Virus record (IMG/VR): IMGVR_UViG_3300025098_000048
Location: 1-56,991 of that record
Strand: one strand, 5' to 3'
DNA from: a virus
Lineage: Duplodnaviria; Caudoviricetes
Length of the DNA stretch: 56,991 nt
Shown here: positions 1 through 9,900 of the stretch, one piece after another
Layout of the letters: every line of letters begins with the position of its first letter
Numbering within the stretch: the first letter of the stretch is position 1
Notes under the pieces: generated by a model
What the model was told of the DNA's origin: nothing
Database searches by the model: none
What the model saw: the letters and a program-made list of their open reading frames with translations, nothing else
Position numbers and translations under genes: made by a program

Positions 1-31
1 GTATTAAAAAGTAAAAAAGTAATAAAAAAGC

Positions 32-60
32 TTGTATTTTATAGCATATATTCATATAAT
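32..60 (+). promoter_or_regulatory. sigma70-like promoter
   Basis: TTGTAT(32-37)-17 nt-TATAAT(55-60). Confidence 0.65.
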
Positions 61-106
61 GTATATGTATCAAACGGTGATACGTTCAACCAAAAAGGAA
101 AAAACA

Positions 107-421
107 ATGCAGATAAACATGGCATACTATGATAACAATCCGGTAGAAGAGATAATATTAACATTTAGAAACTTTGTTGAGGGGTTTGAGGGGGAGAAGC
201 GGGATAACCCATTGCTTGGTGCGCATGCTGAAATGGTATATTACGTAGATACTCGTTCATTGCATACGGTAGGGATGGATACGTTTTGTAGGTGGAAACT
301 GGGAATGAGTGAAGAACAAGCGCGGGAAACGTTTTGCTGGGAAAGAGCTTCGTTTGATAGCGACCAACATGTGGGTGCTGAATGTAAGATTGATAGTGAG
401 GGCAAGTGGTATGATGTGTAG
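107..421 (+). CDS. hypothetical early-type protein
   Basis: ATG at 107 after AAGGAAAAAAC RBS, in frame with track ORF 32..421. Confidence 0.7.
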   Translation: MQINMAYYDNNPVEEIILTFRNFVEGFEGEKRDNPLLGAHAEMVYYVDTRSLHTVGMDTFCRWKLGMSEEQARETFCWERASFDSDQHVGAECKIDSEGKWYDV

Positions 422-424
422 GCG

Positions 425-520
425 CGTGCAATAAAATCAAATTGAATATATAATATGAGTATAAGGAGGAGGGAATACACCTTCGCTCTTTAACAAACCA
501 ACCAACCAATAAGGAAAAAC
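425..520 (+). promoter_or_regulatory. repeated early promoter/leader unit, copy A
   Basis: GTGCAA-17-TATAAT, then TATAAGG, hairpin and AACCAA..AAGGAAAAAC leader; closely similar to 855-944. Confidence 0.7.
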
Positions 521-835
521 ATGAACAAAGTAAAAATCACACGTGAAGTTGTTGTATATCTAACTGAAGAAGTAGATGTTAAAGATTTCTTAACAGAATC
601 AGCACAGCTAACAAGTGTAGATCAATTAGACGAGCTTGGGCACTTCGGCTTTACTCTTTATGAGCTTGACGTTAAGTTAAACCGTGAAACAGGCTACAAC
701 AGCATCACATTCGGCGGGCAAGAACATCCGTATTGCGACTATGAAGAACGCGAAGCAGTTAAAAATAAACTAATAAAACATATGGAAACAGAACACAACA
801 CTGGCTTCTTCGATTTAGATAATCGCGAGGGGTAG
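521..835 (+). CDS. hypothetical protein
   Basis: 104-aa ORF with AAGGA RBS behind the repeated leader. Confidence 0.75.
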   Translation: MNKVKITREVVVYLTEEVDVKDFLTESAQLTSVDQLDELGHFGFTLYELDVKLNRETGYNSITFGGQEHPYCDYEEREAVKNKLIKHMETEHNTGFFDLDNREG

Positions 836-854
836 TTAAGGGGTAAATCACCCA

Positions 855-944
855 CGTGTAATATATTCAAATGTGATATATAATATTAATATAAGGCGGG
901 AGGAAACAATCCTTCACCTAAACCAACCCAAAAGGAAAAACAAC
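855..944 (+). promoter_or_regulatory. repeated early promoter/leader unit, copy B
   Basis: GTGTAA-17-TATAAT, TATAAGG, hairpin, AACCAACCCAAAAGGAAAAAC. Confidence 0.7.
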
Positions 945-1415
945 ATGGAAAACATTACCATTTCAGCTAACAACCCGGCACTCATCAACTACAACCAAGA
1001 AATGGCCGATAACATTTTGGCAGTTCAAATTCTACTCGATGCTGATGAGAAATACACCGACGAAATCAATAAACTCTTTGCACGTCGTCGTGCTATCGAA
1101 ACAAACCTAATCGAAGCAGCAACTAATACTAATAGAAACGATTGGCGCTTTACTGTTTGGATGAATAACGAACTCACAAACGAATACTCTTACTCCTTCA
1201 GTAAAGAAACTTGCTGTGATTACCTTGATGGTGTTGAATGGGCGTTTCAACCCGATTGGAATGAAGTAGTGGCCGAAGGGATTACCAAAGAACAAATCAG
1301 CAATAATAACACTCAATGGAATAAGGGCATGCTATACGCTGGCTGTGCCATCTGGGTAGATGATGTTTCTCTGGAAGAAGAAGGCTACTACATCGACGTT
1401 AGCGAAGGGCTATAA
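945..1415 (+). CDS. hypothetical protein
   Basis: ATG at 945 after AAAGGAAAAAC, in frame with track ORF 873..1415. Confidence 0.75.
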   Translation: MENITISANNPALINYNQEMADNILAVQILLDADEKYTDEINKLFARRRAIETNLIEAATNTNRNDWRFTVWMNNELTNEYSYSFSKETCCDYLDGVEWAFQPDWNEVVAEGITKEQISNNNTQWNKGMLYAGCAIWVDDVSLEEEGYYIDVSEGL

Positions 1416-1643
1416 GATTTAAAAACTCTAACAAACTACGGCAAACCTAAAAACCCAAAAATAGCTATATTTCAGGCTCCCGGCAGCGGCCAGATGAGCC
1501 AGATTTCTACTTACGCGTATCATTTAACCGGCAATACATATACCGTGTGTTTGTGCAACGGGGATTACTGTAATCTGATGATACGTATATAAACCAACCT
1601 TTAAGGAAAACGCGAAAATAAATCGCAGAAAAGATATAAGAAT

Positions 1644-2417
1644 ATGCATAAGTTAAATGTAATGGAATTGAGCGCGCTAAATACTGCAGTTCATCAAGGG
1701 CAAAAGCCTAATAAGTTTCAGTCGATGATGAAAGCGGGAACGTTTCGCATTCGTAATCCACTTTACGCCCAGTGGTTATTTGGCACAAAGAGTGCAGAAG
1801 ATTGCCTGAAAGAATATAATGAAGAAGATTTCGTTTATGATAGTGATATTACACATATTCAAGAAGATAAGTGGGGAGTGAAGCATGTTTTTGGTATGTT
1901 TAGTGGCACTCATATGAGATTGCGAAATAGTGGTAAAGAAATGTATGTGGAGGTGGATAGTTATACGAGGCGCCTTTTGCAAGAAGAATATCCTCATATT
2001 GCGTATTGGGAAGCGAGTAGAGGGTATTATCGTTTCATGGGTTTGTTTTCGTTTGAAAGCATTCGTGAATCAACGCGTGGTTATCGTCGTGTGGGCACAA
2101 AATATAATCTAAATAATGGGCATGTTTCGGGTGGGGCAAGGGAGTTTGCAAGAAAGCATTCTTTGAATAACTGGAATGATGCTTGGATTGATGATGGCAG
2201 TGAGTTTGGTGCAAATCCTTTTGTGAAACGTAAGGATGAAGAGAAGTATGAACGCCTTCGTGGAGAACATCGTGATGATGAAGCCCAGGCATTTCTCGAG
2301 CAGTGCGCGTCTCCTCAAGCAAAGCTTGAATATTGTGAAGAGTTGGCTGCGTGTTTTGATGAATTGGAGGATGATGACGTTGCATTTCCGCAATCTTTCT
2401 TTGATGAGAAGGATTAA
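1644..2417 (+). CDS. hypothetical protein with acidic C-terminus
   Basis: 257-aa ORF, no recognised motif. Confidence 0.7.
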   Translation: MHKLNVMELSALNTAVHQGQKPNKFQSMMKAGTFRIRNPLYAQWLFGTKSAEDCLKEYNEEDFVYDSDITHIQEDKWGVKHVFGMFSGTHMRLRNSGKEMYVEVDSYTRRLLQEEYPHIAYWEASRGYYRFMGLFSFESIRESTRGYRRVGTKYNLNNGHVSGGAREFARKHSLNNWNDAWIDDGSEFGANPFVKRKDEEKYERLRGEHRDDEAQAFLEQCASPQAKLEYCEELAACFDELEDDDVAFPQSFFDEKD

Positions 2418-2425
2418 TATTACCT

Positions 2426-2974
2426 ATGTTGGAAGAAGAAGAAACGTGCGTTAAACAGAGCATCACGAAGCATATGTCGTTGAGTAATGCGGAGAGAAAA
2501 GCTCACGTTGATTTAAATGCACCTTGTATTCCTGTGGTAAATATTTTAAATACTTCAGTTAAGAAAGCAGGTGAGTATTCAACAACGCAACATGGTGCTA
2601 AAGAAGCTAAAAAAGCTTTAACAGAGTATCATAACCTTGAGCCTTTTAAAGCAAGAGCAATAAAGGGATCTGTTAATACGTGCCATGTGTGCCCAAATGA
2701 TTCAGCAGCACCGAATGGGTTTTTATGTAAAAATCCTCTTCATCTGTATTTTGGCACATCATCTGAAAATATGCAAGATAAGCCAGCTAAAGTAAGAAAG
2801 AGGGCATCTATTATAGGTGCAGCAGCTGCTGTAGCTTCACCAAGAAACATGAATAAGCAAAAACGAATATGTATTCATTGTGGTTATGAAGGTAATCCTG
2901 GCGCTGTAGGCCAATGGCATAATGAAAACTGTAAATACAATCCCCTTTCAGCAAGATTTAAGCAAAGCAAATAA
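2426..2974 (+). CDS. HNH / His-Me-finger homing endonuclease-like protein with C-terminal CxxC module
   Basis: CHVCPND...CKNPLHLYFGTSSENMQDK resembles the HNH core; tail CIHCGYEGNPGAVGQWHNENCK. Confidence 0.75.
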   Translation: MLEEEETCVKQSITKHMSLSNAERKAHVDLNAPCIPVVNILNTSVKKAGEYSTTQHGAKEAKKALTEYHNLEPFKARAIKGSVNTCHVCPNDSAAPNGFLCKNPLHLYFGTSSENMQDKPAKVRKRASIIGAAAAVASPRNMNKQKRICIHCGYEGNPGAVGQWHNENCKYNPLSARFKQSK

Positions 2975-2988
2975 AAAAGGATAAACAA

Positions 2989-3402
2989 ATGATTAGTAAT
3001 GATATTAAAAAGAGTATGAAGAGTGATGCAAAGCGCAAATGTGGTAGAGCTGGAACGTGGGTCGCACTCGTCCTCTCGGGCGGGCTAACAGTTTCGCTTA
3101 TGAATAACGGAGAAAAGCCTATTGATGGGCAATCGTTGTTATTTTATTGGGGAATGTGGTTTGCTATTTTGTGGCCGTGCTTCTTCTTCTGGATGAGAAG
3201 TAATCCTGCAAAGAAGGAATATCTGAAAAATATGCAAAAACATATTATGAGTGAGTTAGCTAATGCTGATGATCCGATTTTGATTCAAAAACTGGGTGTA
3301 GCAATGAGTTATTACGGTAATAAGATGAGTGAAGTGCAGATGGCAGAAGTAAAAGCACGGGCTGGCAGCCATTATACAAGCCACCACAATCATTATCGCT
3401 AA
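2989..3402 (+). CDS. hypothetical membrane protein (two hydrophobic segments)
   Basis: AAGGAT RBS; WVALVLSGGLTVSL and LLFYWGMWFAILWPCFFFW. Confidence 0.7.
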   Translation: MISNDIKKSMKSDAKRKCGRAGTWVALVLSGGLTVSLMNNGEKPIDGQSLLFYWGMWFAILWPCFFFWMRSNPAKKEYLKNMQKHIMSELANADDPILIQKLGVAMSYYGNKMSEVQMAEVKARAGSHYTSHHNHYR

Positions 3403-3420
3403 CATAAAGTAAAAATATAT

Positions 3421-3637
3421 TTAACATTTGTGCAAAATATTCATATACTCAATATACCTGAACTTCCACTTTCCGAAACCCAACAAGTCGTTTCGTTATT
3501 GAGCCAGTTTTTGGTTCTCCTTGTTGTTTCTTAAGAAGATGGTAAGATTTAAGTATTCTTCGCTACAAAGGAATTTGTCACTCCTTTCCACAAAAACAGA
3601 AATGTTTTAGCCCTGGTCGAAAGATTGGGGTTTTTTT
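3421..3637 (+). ncRNA. candidate small RNA unit (promoter, structured body, terminator)
   Basis: TTAACA-17-TATACT (3421-3449), ORF-free body with TTCTCCTT and CTCCTTTCC, terminator 3611-3637. Confidence 0.45.
3611..3637 (+). terminator. intrinsic terminator
   Basis: CCCTGGTC-GAAA-GATTGGGG then T7. Confidence 0.8.
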
Positions 3638-3644
3638 ATGCTCG

Positions 3645-5360
3645 CTAATCGATAAGGCCAAAGCGCATAGCTACAAGCCTATCTTCTTCACTCCACTCAT
3701 CAATATCATCGTTTTTCGTAATGCCTTTTTCATTTAATACCTGCGTTACTACGTCTCCGTGCGTATTATTACCAGCAATGCGTTCTCCTTTATGATTTAA
3801 AATTACCTCACCTATTGCAATCGAGTAATCTCCGAAGCTTTTTTGTAGTTCGTTTAAGCCGTGATATAAACTATCGAGCAAATCGTCATGTTTTGCCACG
3901 GGGAATAGAGAAGCTTCGTTAATAAACTCATCCATTACGTTTCTGCTTCTTTCATCACCTATAGGAAACTTAATAAAATTGTTTTCGAATAAAACAGCAA
4001 CCTTGTGGATACCTACTTTCAGTGCATTATGCCTCGTCATAGCGATACCTTTTACAGGCATTGAAGTTCTTTGCAGTTGATTTACATATAGATTACCAAA
4101 AGAGTTCTTTTCTACTATAACACACCTAACGTAATCACTAAATTTGTTATACATAGAAGAAATAGCGTTAAGTATTTCAGTTTGTGTTAAACCTCTATCC
4201 CTGAAAACATCTATTACCCATACATTACCTTGCTCATCTCGGCATAACGTATAACCAACAGTGAAGTCGCTATCGTTCTTTGCTGCTTTTTTAGAATCAG
4301 ATTCGATAGATAAATCCCAAGATTGAACAACGGTGCATTCTGATATATCAAGGTTTGGAGGAAACGTCCCTAAGCTATAGTTTGTTTGAGCATTTCTTTT
4401 AACCCACTCTGGCTTAATAACAGCGCTTTCTAAAGCAAGGGGTTGATTCATCATCTCTCGAGCAAAAAGAGTTGCTCCCATGCTTCTTCTTTCCATAAGT
4501 AGATATTCTATAGGCCTAAATTCTGGCCATAAAACTTCGTAATCCCCTTCAACCTTAACACCTTTTAGAACTTCACGACCACGTGAATCAGCTTCTATGA
4601 TATATTCATACTTTTCAGGCCACTTTAGAATAGCAGGATCTTCTATAACTTCAAAAGTTGGGTCGTTTTTCATGTGAGAGTAAAGATCATCGTCGTGTTT
4701 TCTTGTGCCGATTACTAACATCAAACCACCTTGATTTAGAATAGGAGTTACAGTTGCACCTAACCATTCACGAGTTTTTGAGCGAACACCTGCTGATGCT
4801 GTTGTTAAATCATCTTCTAAGTCGTCAAATATAACAATATCAACATGCGCCCCAGTAATTTTACCTCCTACACCAATAGCTTCTATGGTTGGATCAACAG
4901 ATGTGCCATTTCTTTGAACATAAAGCTGTGTGCTCGTCCATTTACTATCTTTATCTCTAAACTTAGGCATATCTTCACCATTTGCCCAGTCGCCAACGAT
5001 TTTATCATCATCTAAATATTGTTTAATAAGCCTCACACGTTTCTCTGCTTGCCCTGCGCTGGCACTTATGAATAGGATAGATATGTTTCTATCCATACAG
5101 ATTTTCCTTACAGCGTATGAAATCGCAAGCAGCGATTTGCCATGTGAGCGAGGTGCAAGAACGAGTAGTTTTTTCTTATCGTTGCTTTGTTTAGCTTCGG
5201 CTTCTAATCTATCAATAGTTTTCAGCCAGTTTGTTCTATGTGGTGCTTTACGCATCTTAAGATAATGTGAATCGAAAAATACTGAAGATGCAGAACCTAA
5301 AGCTCTTCTCCCAGCTGTTGTATTTAAAAGTTGTGCTACATTAGCTTTATTATCACTCAT
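3645..5360 (-). CDS. terL: terminase large subunit
   Basis: Walker A APRSHGKS, Walker B DIVIFDDLE, coupling motif IGTRKH, nuclease motifs QSWDLS and HDDLLDSL. Confidence 0.95.
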   Translation of the reverse strand: MSDNKANVAQLLNTTAGRRALGSASSVFFDSHYLKMRKAPHRTNWLKTIDRLEAEAKQSNDKKKLLVLAPRSHGKSLLAISYAVRKICMDRNISILFISASAGQAEKRVRLIKQYLDDDKIVGDWANGEDMPKFRDKDSKWTSTQLYVQRNGTSVDPTIEAIGVGGKITGAHVDIVIFDDLEDDLTTASAGVRSKTREWLGATVTPILNQGGLMLVIGTRKHDDDLYSHMKNDPTFEVIEDPAILKWPEKYEYIIEADSRGREVLKGVKVEGDYEVLWPEFRPIEYLLMERRSMGATLFAREMMNQPLALESAVIKPEWVKRNAQTNYSLGTFPPNLDISECTVVQSWDLSIESDSKKAAKNDSDFTVGYTLCRDEQGNVWVIDVFRDRGLTQTEILNAISSMYNKFSDYVRCVIVEKNSFGNLYVNQLQRTSMPVKGIAMTRHNALKVGIHKVAVLFENNFIKFPIGDERSRNVMDEFINEASLFPVAKHDDLLDSLYHGLNELQKSFGDYSIAIGEVILNHKGERIAGNNTHGDVVTQVLNEKGITKNDDIDEWSEEDRLVAMRFGLID

Positions 5361-5634
5361 TTTCTTCCATTTCTTTGTTTGTTAATATATCATAAATAAA
5401 AAGCTGCCATTCTTCACTTTCAGCTGCAGCTTTTACTTCTTCTTTTGTATATTCTAACTCGTTAGCTTCTAAAACAGGAACTAAAAGTTTTGCCATTGCT
5501 CTAATAAAAATATTTCTTGCAGTTGCTGTATTCATTTCCATATCTTCTTCCTCACGCATAGTTTTTGCAACTTTACGCCATGGCATAACATCAACTCCAT
5601 TTAAAATTGTATATTTTCCTCTTGATTTTCGCAT
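5353..5634 (-). CDS. small HTH-like (sigma region-4-like) protein overlapping terL start
   Basis: MPWRKVAKTM...MNTATARNIFIRAMAKL; 8-nt overlap with terL. Confidence 0.55.
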   Translation of the reverse strand: MRKSRGKYTILNGVDVMPWRKVAKTMREEEDMEMNTATARNIFIRAMAKLLVPVLEANELEYTKEEVKAAAESEEWQLFIYDILTNKEMEENE

Positions 5635-5831
5635 TTTTGTTTATCCCTTTTTTTACATATTGTGTTTATTAAATATATTTATGTTTATACAAACAGAACT
5701 TTTTTTTTATTTTTTATGATAAAAGCTGAGTGAAGTGTATATGTATTAGTATAATACAGTTTCTCAATGGATAAAAGTATAATTTTTCTGTGTGAAAAAA
5801 TATCACAGAGAAAGGTAAGCTCTATTAACAT

Positions 5832-6113
5832 ATGATTGATGCAAAAGATTTCGATACGTATTACCAAACCGATCCTCAATTTCTTCCAGCTGAAGTATTA
5901 CAGCGTGAAGTTAAAAGTAGGCATATTAAATCCGTATCATACGACACATACAAGCGAAGTATGTTTATAGAGTTTATAAATGGCGACCGGCATATGTTTG
6001 CTGGTGTGCCTATTAGTGTTTTCAACGAGTTCCTTACTGCGGAAAGTAAAGGAAAATATTTCAAACGTAAGATTGAAAACGCATATCCACACTTAAAAAT
6101 ACCTAAAAACTAA
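5832..6113 (+). CDS. KTSC domain protein
   Basis: VKSRHIKSVSYD...IEFINGDRHMFAGVPISVFNEFLTAESKGKYFKRKI matches the KTSC pattern. Confidence 0.9.
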   Translation: MIDAKDFDTYYQTDPQFLPAEVLQREVKSRHIKSVSYDTYKRSMFIEFINGDRHMFAGVPISVFNEFLTAESKGKYFKRKIENAYPHLKIPKN

Positions 6114-6149
6114 TAGAGCGGATTACTCCCTCAGAAAGAATGGTTTCTA

Positions 6150-6878
6150 ATGCAGTATAAAGTAAGAACTTTTACAATTCCCAATAAAATAAATAAGGTT
6201 GCTGAAGAGGTTGATTTTGAAATCGCTGGTTTAGCATCTGACGCTATTACTATTACTATCAGTGATGTTGATGGTGATTCAAAGCAGTTTAAATTTGATA
6301 ACACAAGAGATACAGTAGGCGCAGATGGCGATGTTATTTTACTTCCATCATTGGATGCACCTTCTCAAGCTGTTAGAACTCAACGTTTATTTGATGAGTT
6401 TAATAACATTCAAGGTGCAAGTGGTTTAAATCTTCAGTTTCTTAAAGAAACAGATACAAAAATAAAGATTAAGCAACTAAAAGGTGGCGATGTTGTTTCT
6501 ATTGCTCTTTCTGCTGGTGCTGGTGGCACAATAACAGAGGTTACAGCAGGAACAGAAGGCGTTGCTAATCCTGCATATGGCGACCCACTCGTTTTAACTC
6601 CTTCAAATCTTGGATTTAATCCAGCAGCTGGAAACCTAAGCAAGGTTCAAGTTTCTTGCCTTGATTTTGGTGGAACTTTTGGCCTTAACTTCCGCCCAGT
6701 TGGAACAGGAGATTATATCACATTCACTGACCCAGTTAATGGTGTTGCTGCAGATGCAGGTGATGATTTAATCCTATTAGGTCGTGATGAAGATCCTATC
6801 TTTGACGCAATCGAAATCACATTCGCTAATCCTGATGATAGTGATATCACAGTATATTGCACTTTTATTGAGAGATAA
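6150..6878 (+). CDS. putative virion structural protein
   Basis: 242 aa, beta-rich composition, heads the fibre genes. Confidence 0.55.
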   Translation: MQYKVRTFTIPNKINKVAEEVDFEIAGLASDAITITISDVDGDSKQFKFDNTRDTVGADGDVILLPSLDAPSQAVRTQRLFDEFNNIQGASGLNLQFLKETDTKIKIKQLKGGDVVSIALSAGAGGTITEVTAGTEGVANPAYGDPLVLTPSNLGFNPAAGNLSKVQVSCLDFGGTFGLNFRPVGTGDYITFTDPVNGVAADAGDDLILLGRDEDPIFDAIEITFANPDDSDITVYCTFIER

Positions 6879-6923
6879 GGTAAAGAAACAAAAAATCATA
6901 AATTTTAGAAAGGTAAAATAAAT

Positions 6924-9900
6924 ATGGCTATTTTCAAAAGTGGGCAGGGATACGCTTCTACTACTGAAGGTGGATTACTGGCTCTTGCTACAGCTGCAGA
7001 ACATCTTGCAGGCTTAAACAGTAGTAAAGCAGCAACTCCGGCAGGTGTTAGAGCAATGCTCGACCAATTAATTGATGGAGCGCCAGGTTTGTTAGATTCG
7101 CTAAACGAGCTTGCAGCTGCTATCGGAGATGATGCAAATTTTTCAGTTACAGTAAATAATCAAATAACAAACCTACAGGATCAGATAAACTCATTATCTG
7201 GCGGTGGTGCTTCTAATCAAGCTGAAGTTGATAGAATTGAAGCCGGCGTTGGCTTAGGCTCAACAGGTTTATATGTCGCAAGAAGTGGCACAAACTATAT
7301 CGATTCAGCCAGCACAATCGCTGCAGAAATAGGATTATTAGATACACAAATTAAATCAAATGAAGATGTATCAACAGCACTTAACGTTCGTTTAACAACT
7401 GCAGAAAGCGAAGTTGATACACTTCAAACAGAAAGCACGGATTACGAAAGCCGAATATCTTCTTTAGAAGCAGGTGGAAGCCTTGGAGCATTACAAAGCG
7501 AACTTGATGCATCTCAAGCTTCTGTTGGCCTTAACGCTAACGGAACTTTAGGCACATATGCAAATACAAACTTTTACTCAGCATCTGCTACAATCAAAGA
7601 AGCTATTGAAGGTGTTGATGCACAGGCTAAACTAAACGATGACGATATTACTTCACAAGGTAATCGTATTACAGTATTAGAAGCAGGCGGAAGTATTTCT
7701 GCTCTTCAAAGTGAAGTTGATGCTTCTCAAGCAGCCGTTGGATTATCTGCATCTGGCGCTTACGTTTCACGAAGTGGTTCTAATTACTTAGATAGCGCTT
7801 CTACTATTGTTGCAGAAATAGGTTTATTAGACGCACAAGTCGATACTAATGAGCAAGATATCGCCACAATCAATACAACTATCAGCACACTTACTTCTGA
7901 AGGTGATAGTAATGGCGATGCTATTGATGCATTACAAATTGAGTTAGATGCTACTCAAGCTGGCGCTGGATTATCTAACTTAGGTTCATACTCTGCTCCT
8001 GGCGCATCTAACTATTTAACATCAGCATCTACATTAAAAGCTGCTGATTCACTGCTTGATACACAGATTAAGGTAAATGCAGACGCTATAGCATTAAAGG
8101 CTTCAACAAGCAGTGTTTCTGCGAATACTTCAAGTATCTCTACTAATACGTCTAATATATCTACCAACGCTTCAGATATTTCTGCGGCTGAAGTTGATAT
8201 TGCAGCTAATACATCAGCAATTGCAGGTAAAGCAGCAAGCTCTACAACTACAGCAATACAAACTGAAGTTGATGCTATTGAATCATCTGTGGGCTTAGGT
8301 TCTTCAGGTGGATTAAATTATTCAGGAACACCTGCATTATTTAGTGCTTCTGCTACATTAACTGCAGCAATTCAAGCATTAGATGGTGAAATAGTTACAA
8401 ATGCTGGTGATATTCTTGGTAATGCAAATCAGATTACTGCACAAATCGCATTAAACAATACACAGGAAACTGCGATAGGTTTATCATCAACAGGAACATA
8501 TGTTTCTCGCTCTGGCACAAACTATTTAGATAGTGCATCAAGCGTTGTGGGAGAAGCTACTCTACTTGATACTCAAGTTAAAGCTAACTTCGATTCATTA
8601 GCAACTAAAGCAACTGCAGTTCAATTATCAGCACTCGACATTAGGGTTACAAATAATGCAAGCGGTTTAGTTTCTAACGATACAGAGATTCAAGCTCTTG
8701 AGGATTTACAAACTGTTCAAGAAGCTGCTATCGGCCTTAATGCTAACGGAACTTATACAACTGTTGCTTCTTCTAACTACCTTGAGAGTGCAACAACCAT
8801 TAAGGCATCACTCGATGCATTAGATACACAGTTAAAATCCACACAGGATGATTTAGATACTGCTGAATCAACTATAGTTAGCCATACAAGTAGTTTATCA
8901 ACTAATGCTGCTGCAATCTCTGCTAACACTTCCAGTATCTCTTCTAATGATACAGAGATTCAAGCTCTTGAAGATTTAGCAGATACACACGAAACGAGTA
9001 TTGGTTTAGATAATGATGGTGGATATACCGCTATCAGTGGAGCAAACTATGCAACAAGTGGAGTAAGCATCAAAGCTGCTATCACTCAATTAGATACGCA
9101 GCTTAAAACTACTCAAGATGAAGTTGATGCAGAAGAAACAGCTCGAGCAAGTGCAGATAATACATTAGCAACAGCTATTAATACTGTTGAGGCATCTGTA
9201 GGTTTGGCAGCTGATGGTAGTTTAACCATTTCAGGAACAAACTTCCTTAACTCCTCATCAACAATCGTTGGCGCATTAAGCACATTAGATACTAATCAAA
9301 ATCTTTTGAGCGGCATTCGCACTAATATGATTGCTTCTCTTGGGCTTTCAACAACTGGTGAGAAAAACAGTTATGCTAATACAAACTTCATCTCAAACAG
9401 TGAAGATGTTATTGAAGCTATCGAAGCTCTCGATCGCCAAGTTAAAACTAATGAAACAGATATTTCAAGCGTTAGTGGTGGAAGTATTTCTGCACTACAA
9501 ACTGAAGTTGATGCAATTGAAACTGCAGCAGGTTTAAGTTCTTCTGGAGCATATGTTGCACACAGTGGCACTAACTTTATGGATAGTGCTTCTACAATGC
9601 CAGCTGCTCGTGAAGCATTAGATACAAAACTTAAAACTGTTGCTGATGATTTGGATACTGCAGAAGCTGCTATCGTAAGTAATGATACTGATATTACAGC
9701 ACTACAAACAAGAGCTACTTCATTGGAGCAACGTTGTGGTGGTATGTTTAAAAACGATACTTCAACAACTTCAGCAGTTATGGATAGCTCACCTATTATC
9801 AGAGGGCACGCAGGCCCATTCGCTTATAACTTAGGCCAATCATATCTTGATGGATTTGGAGCCGGAGGATTTGGTTTCGACTTTATCTTCTATGGCACAT

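Noticed and set aside
1563-1620. Hammerhead ribozyme suggested by CTGATGA (1575-1581) and a downstream GAAA
   Set aside because: Stem II does not close properly, there is no NUH triplet before the would-be stem I, and no stem III partner is visible.
165-2466. Overlapping minus-strand and alternative-frame ORFs in the early region
   Set aside because: No RBS or motifs, and they overlap better-supported + strand genes with clear leaders.
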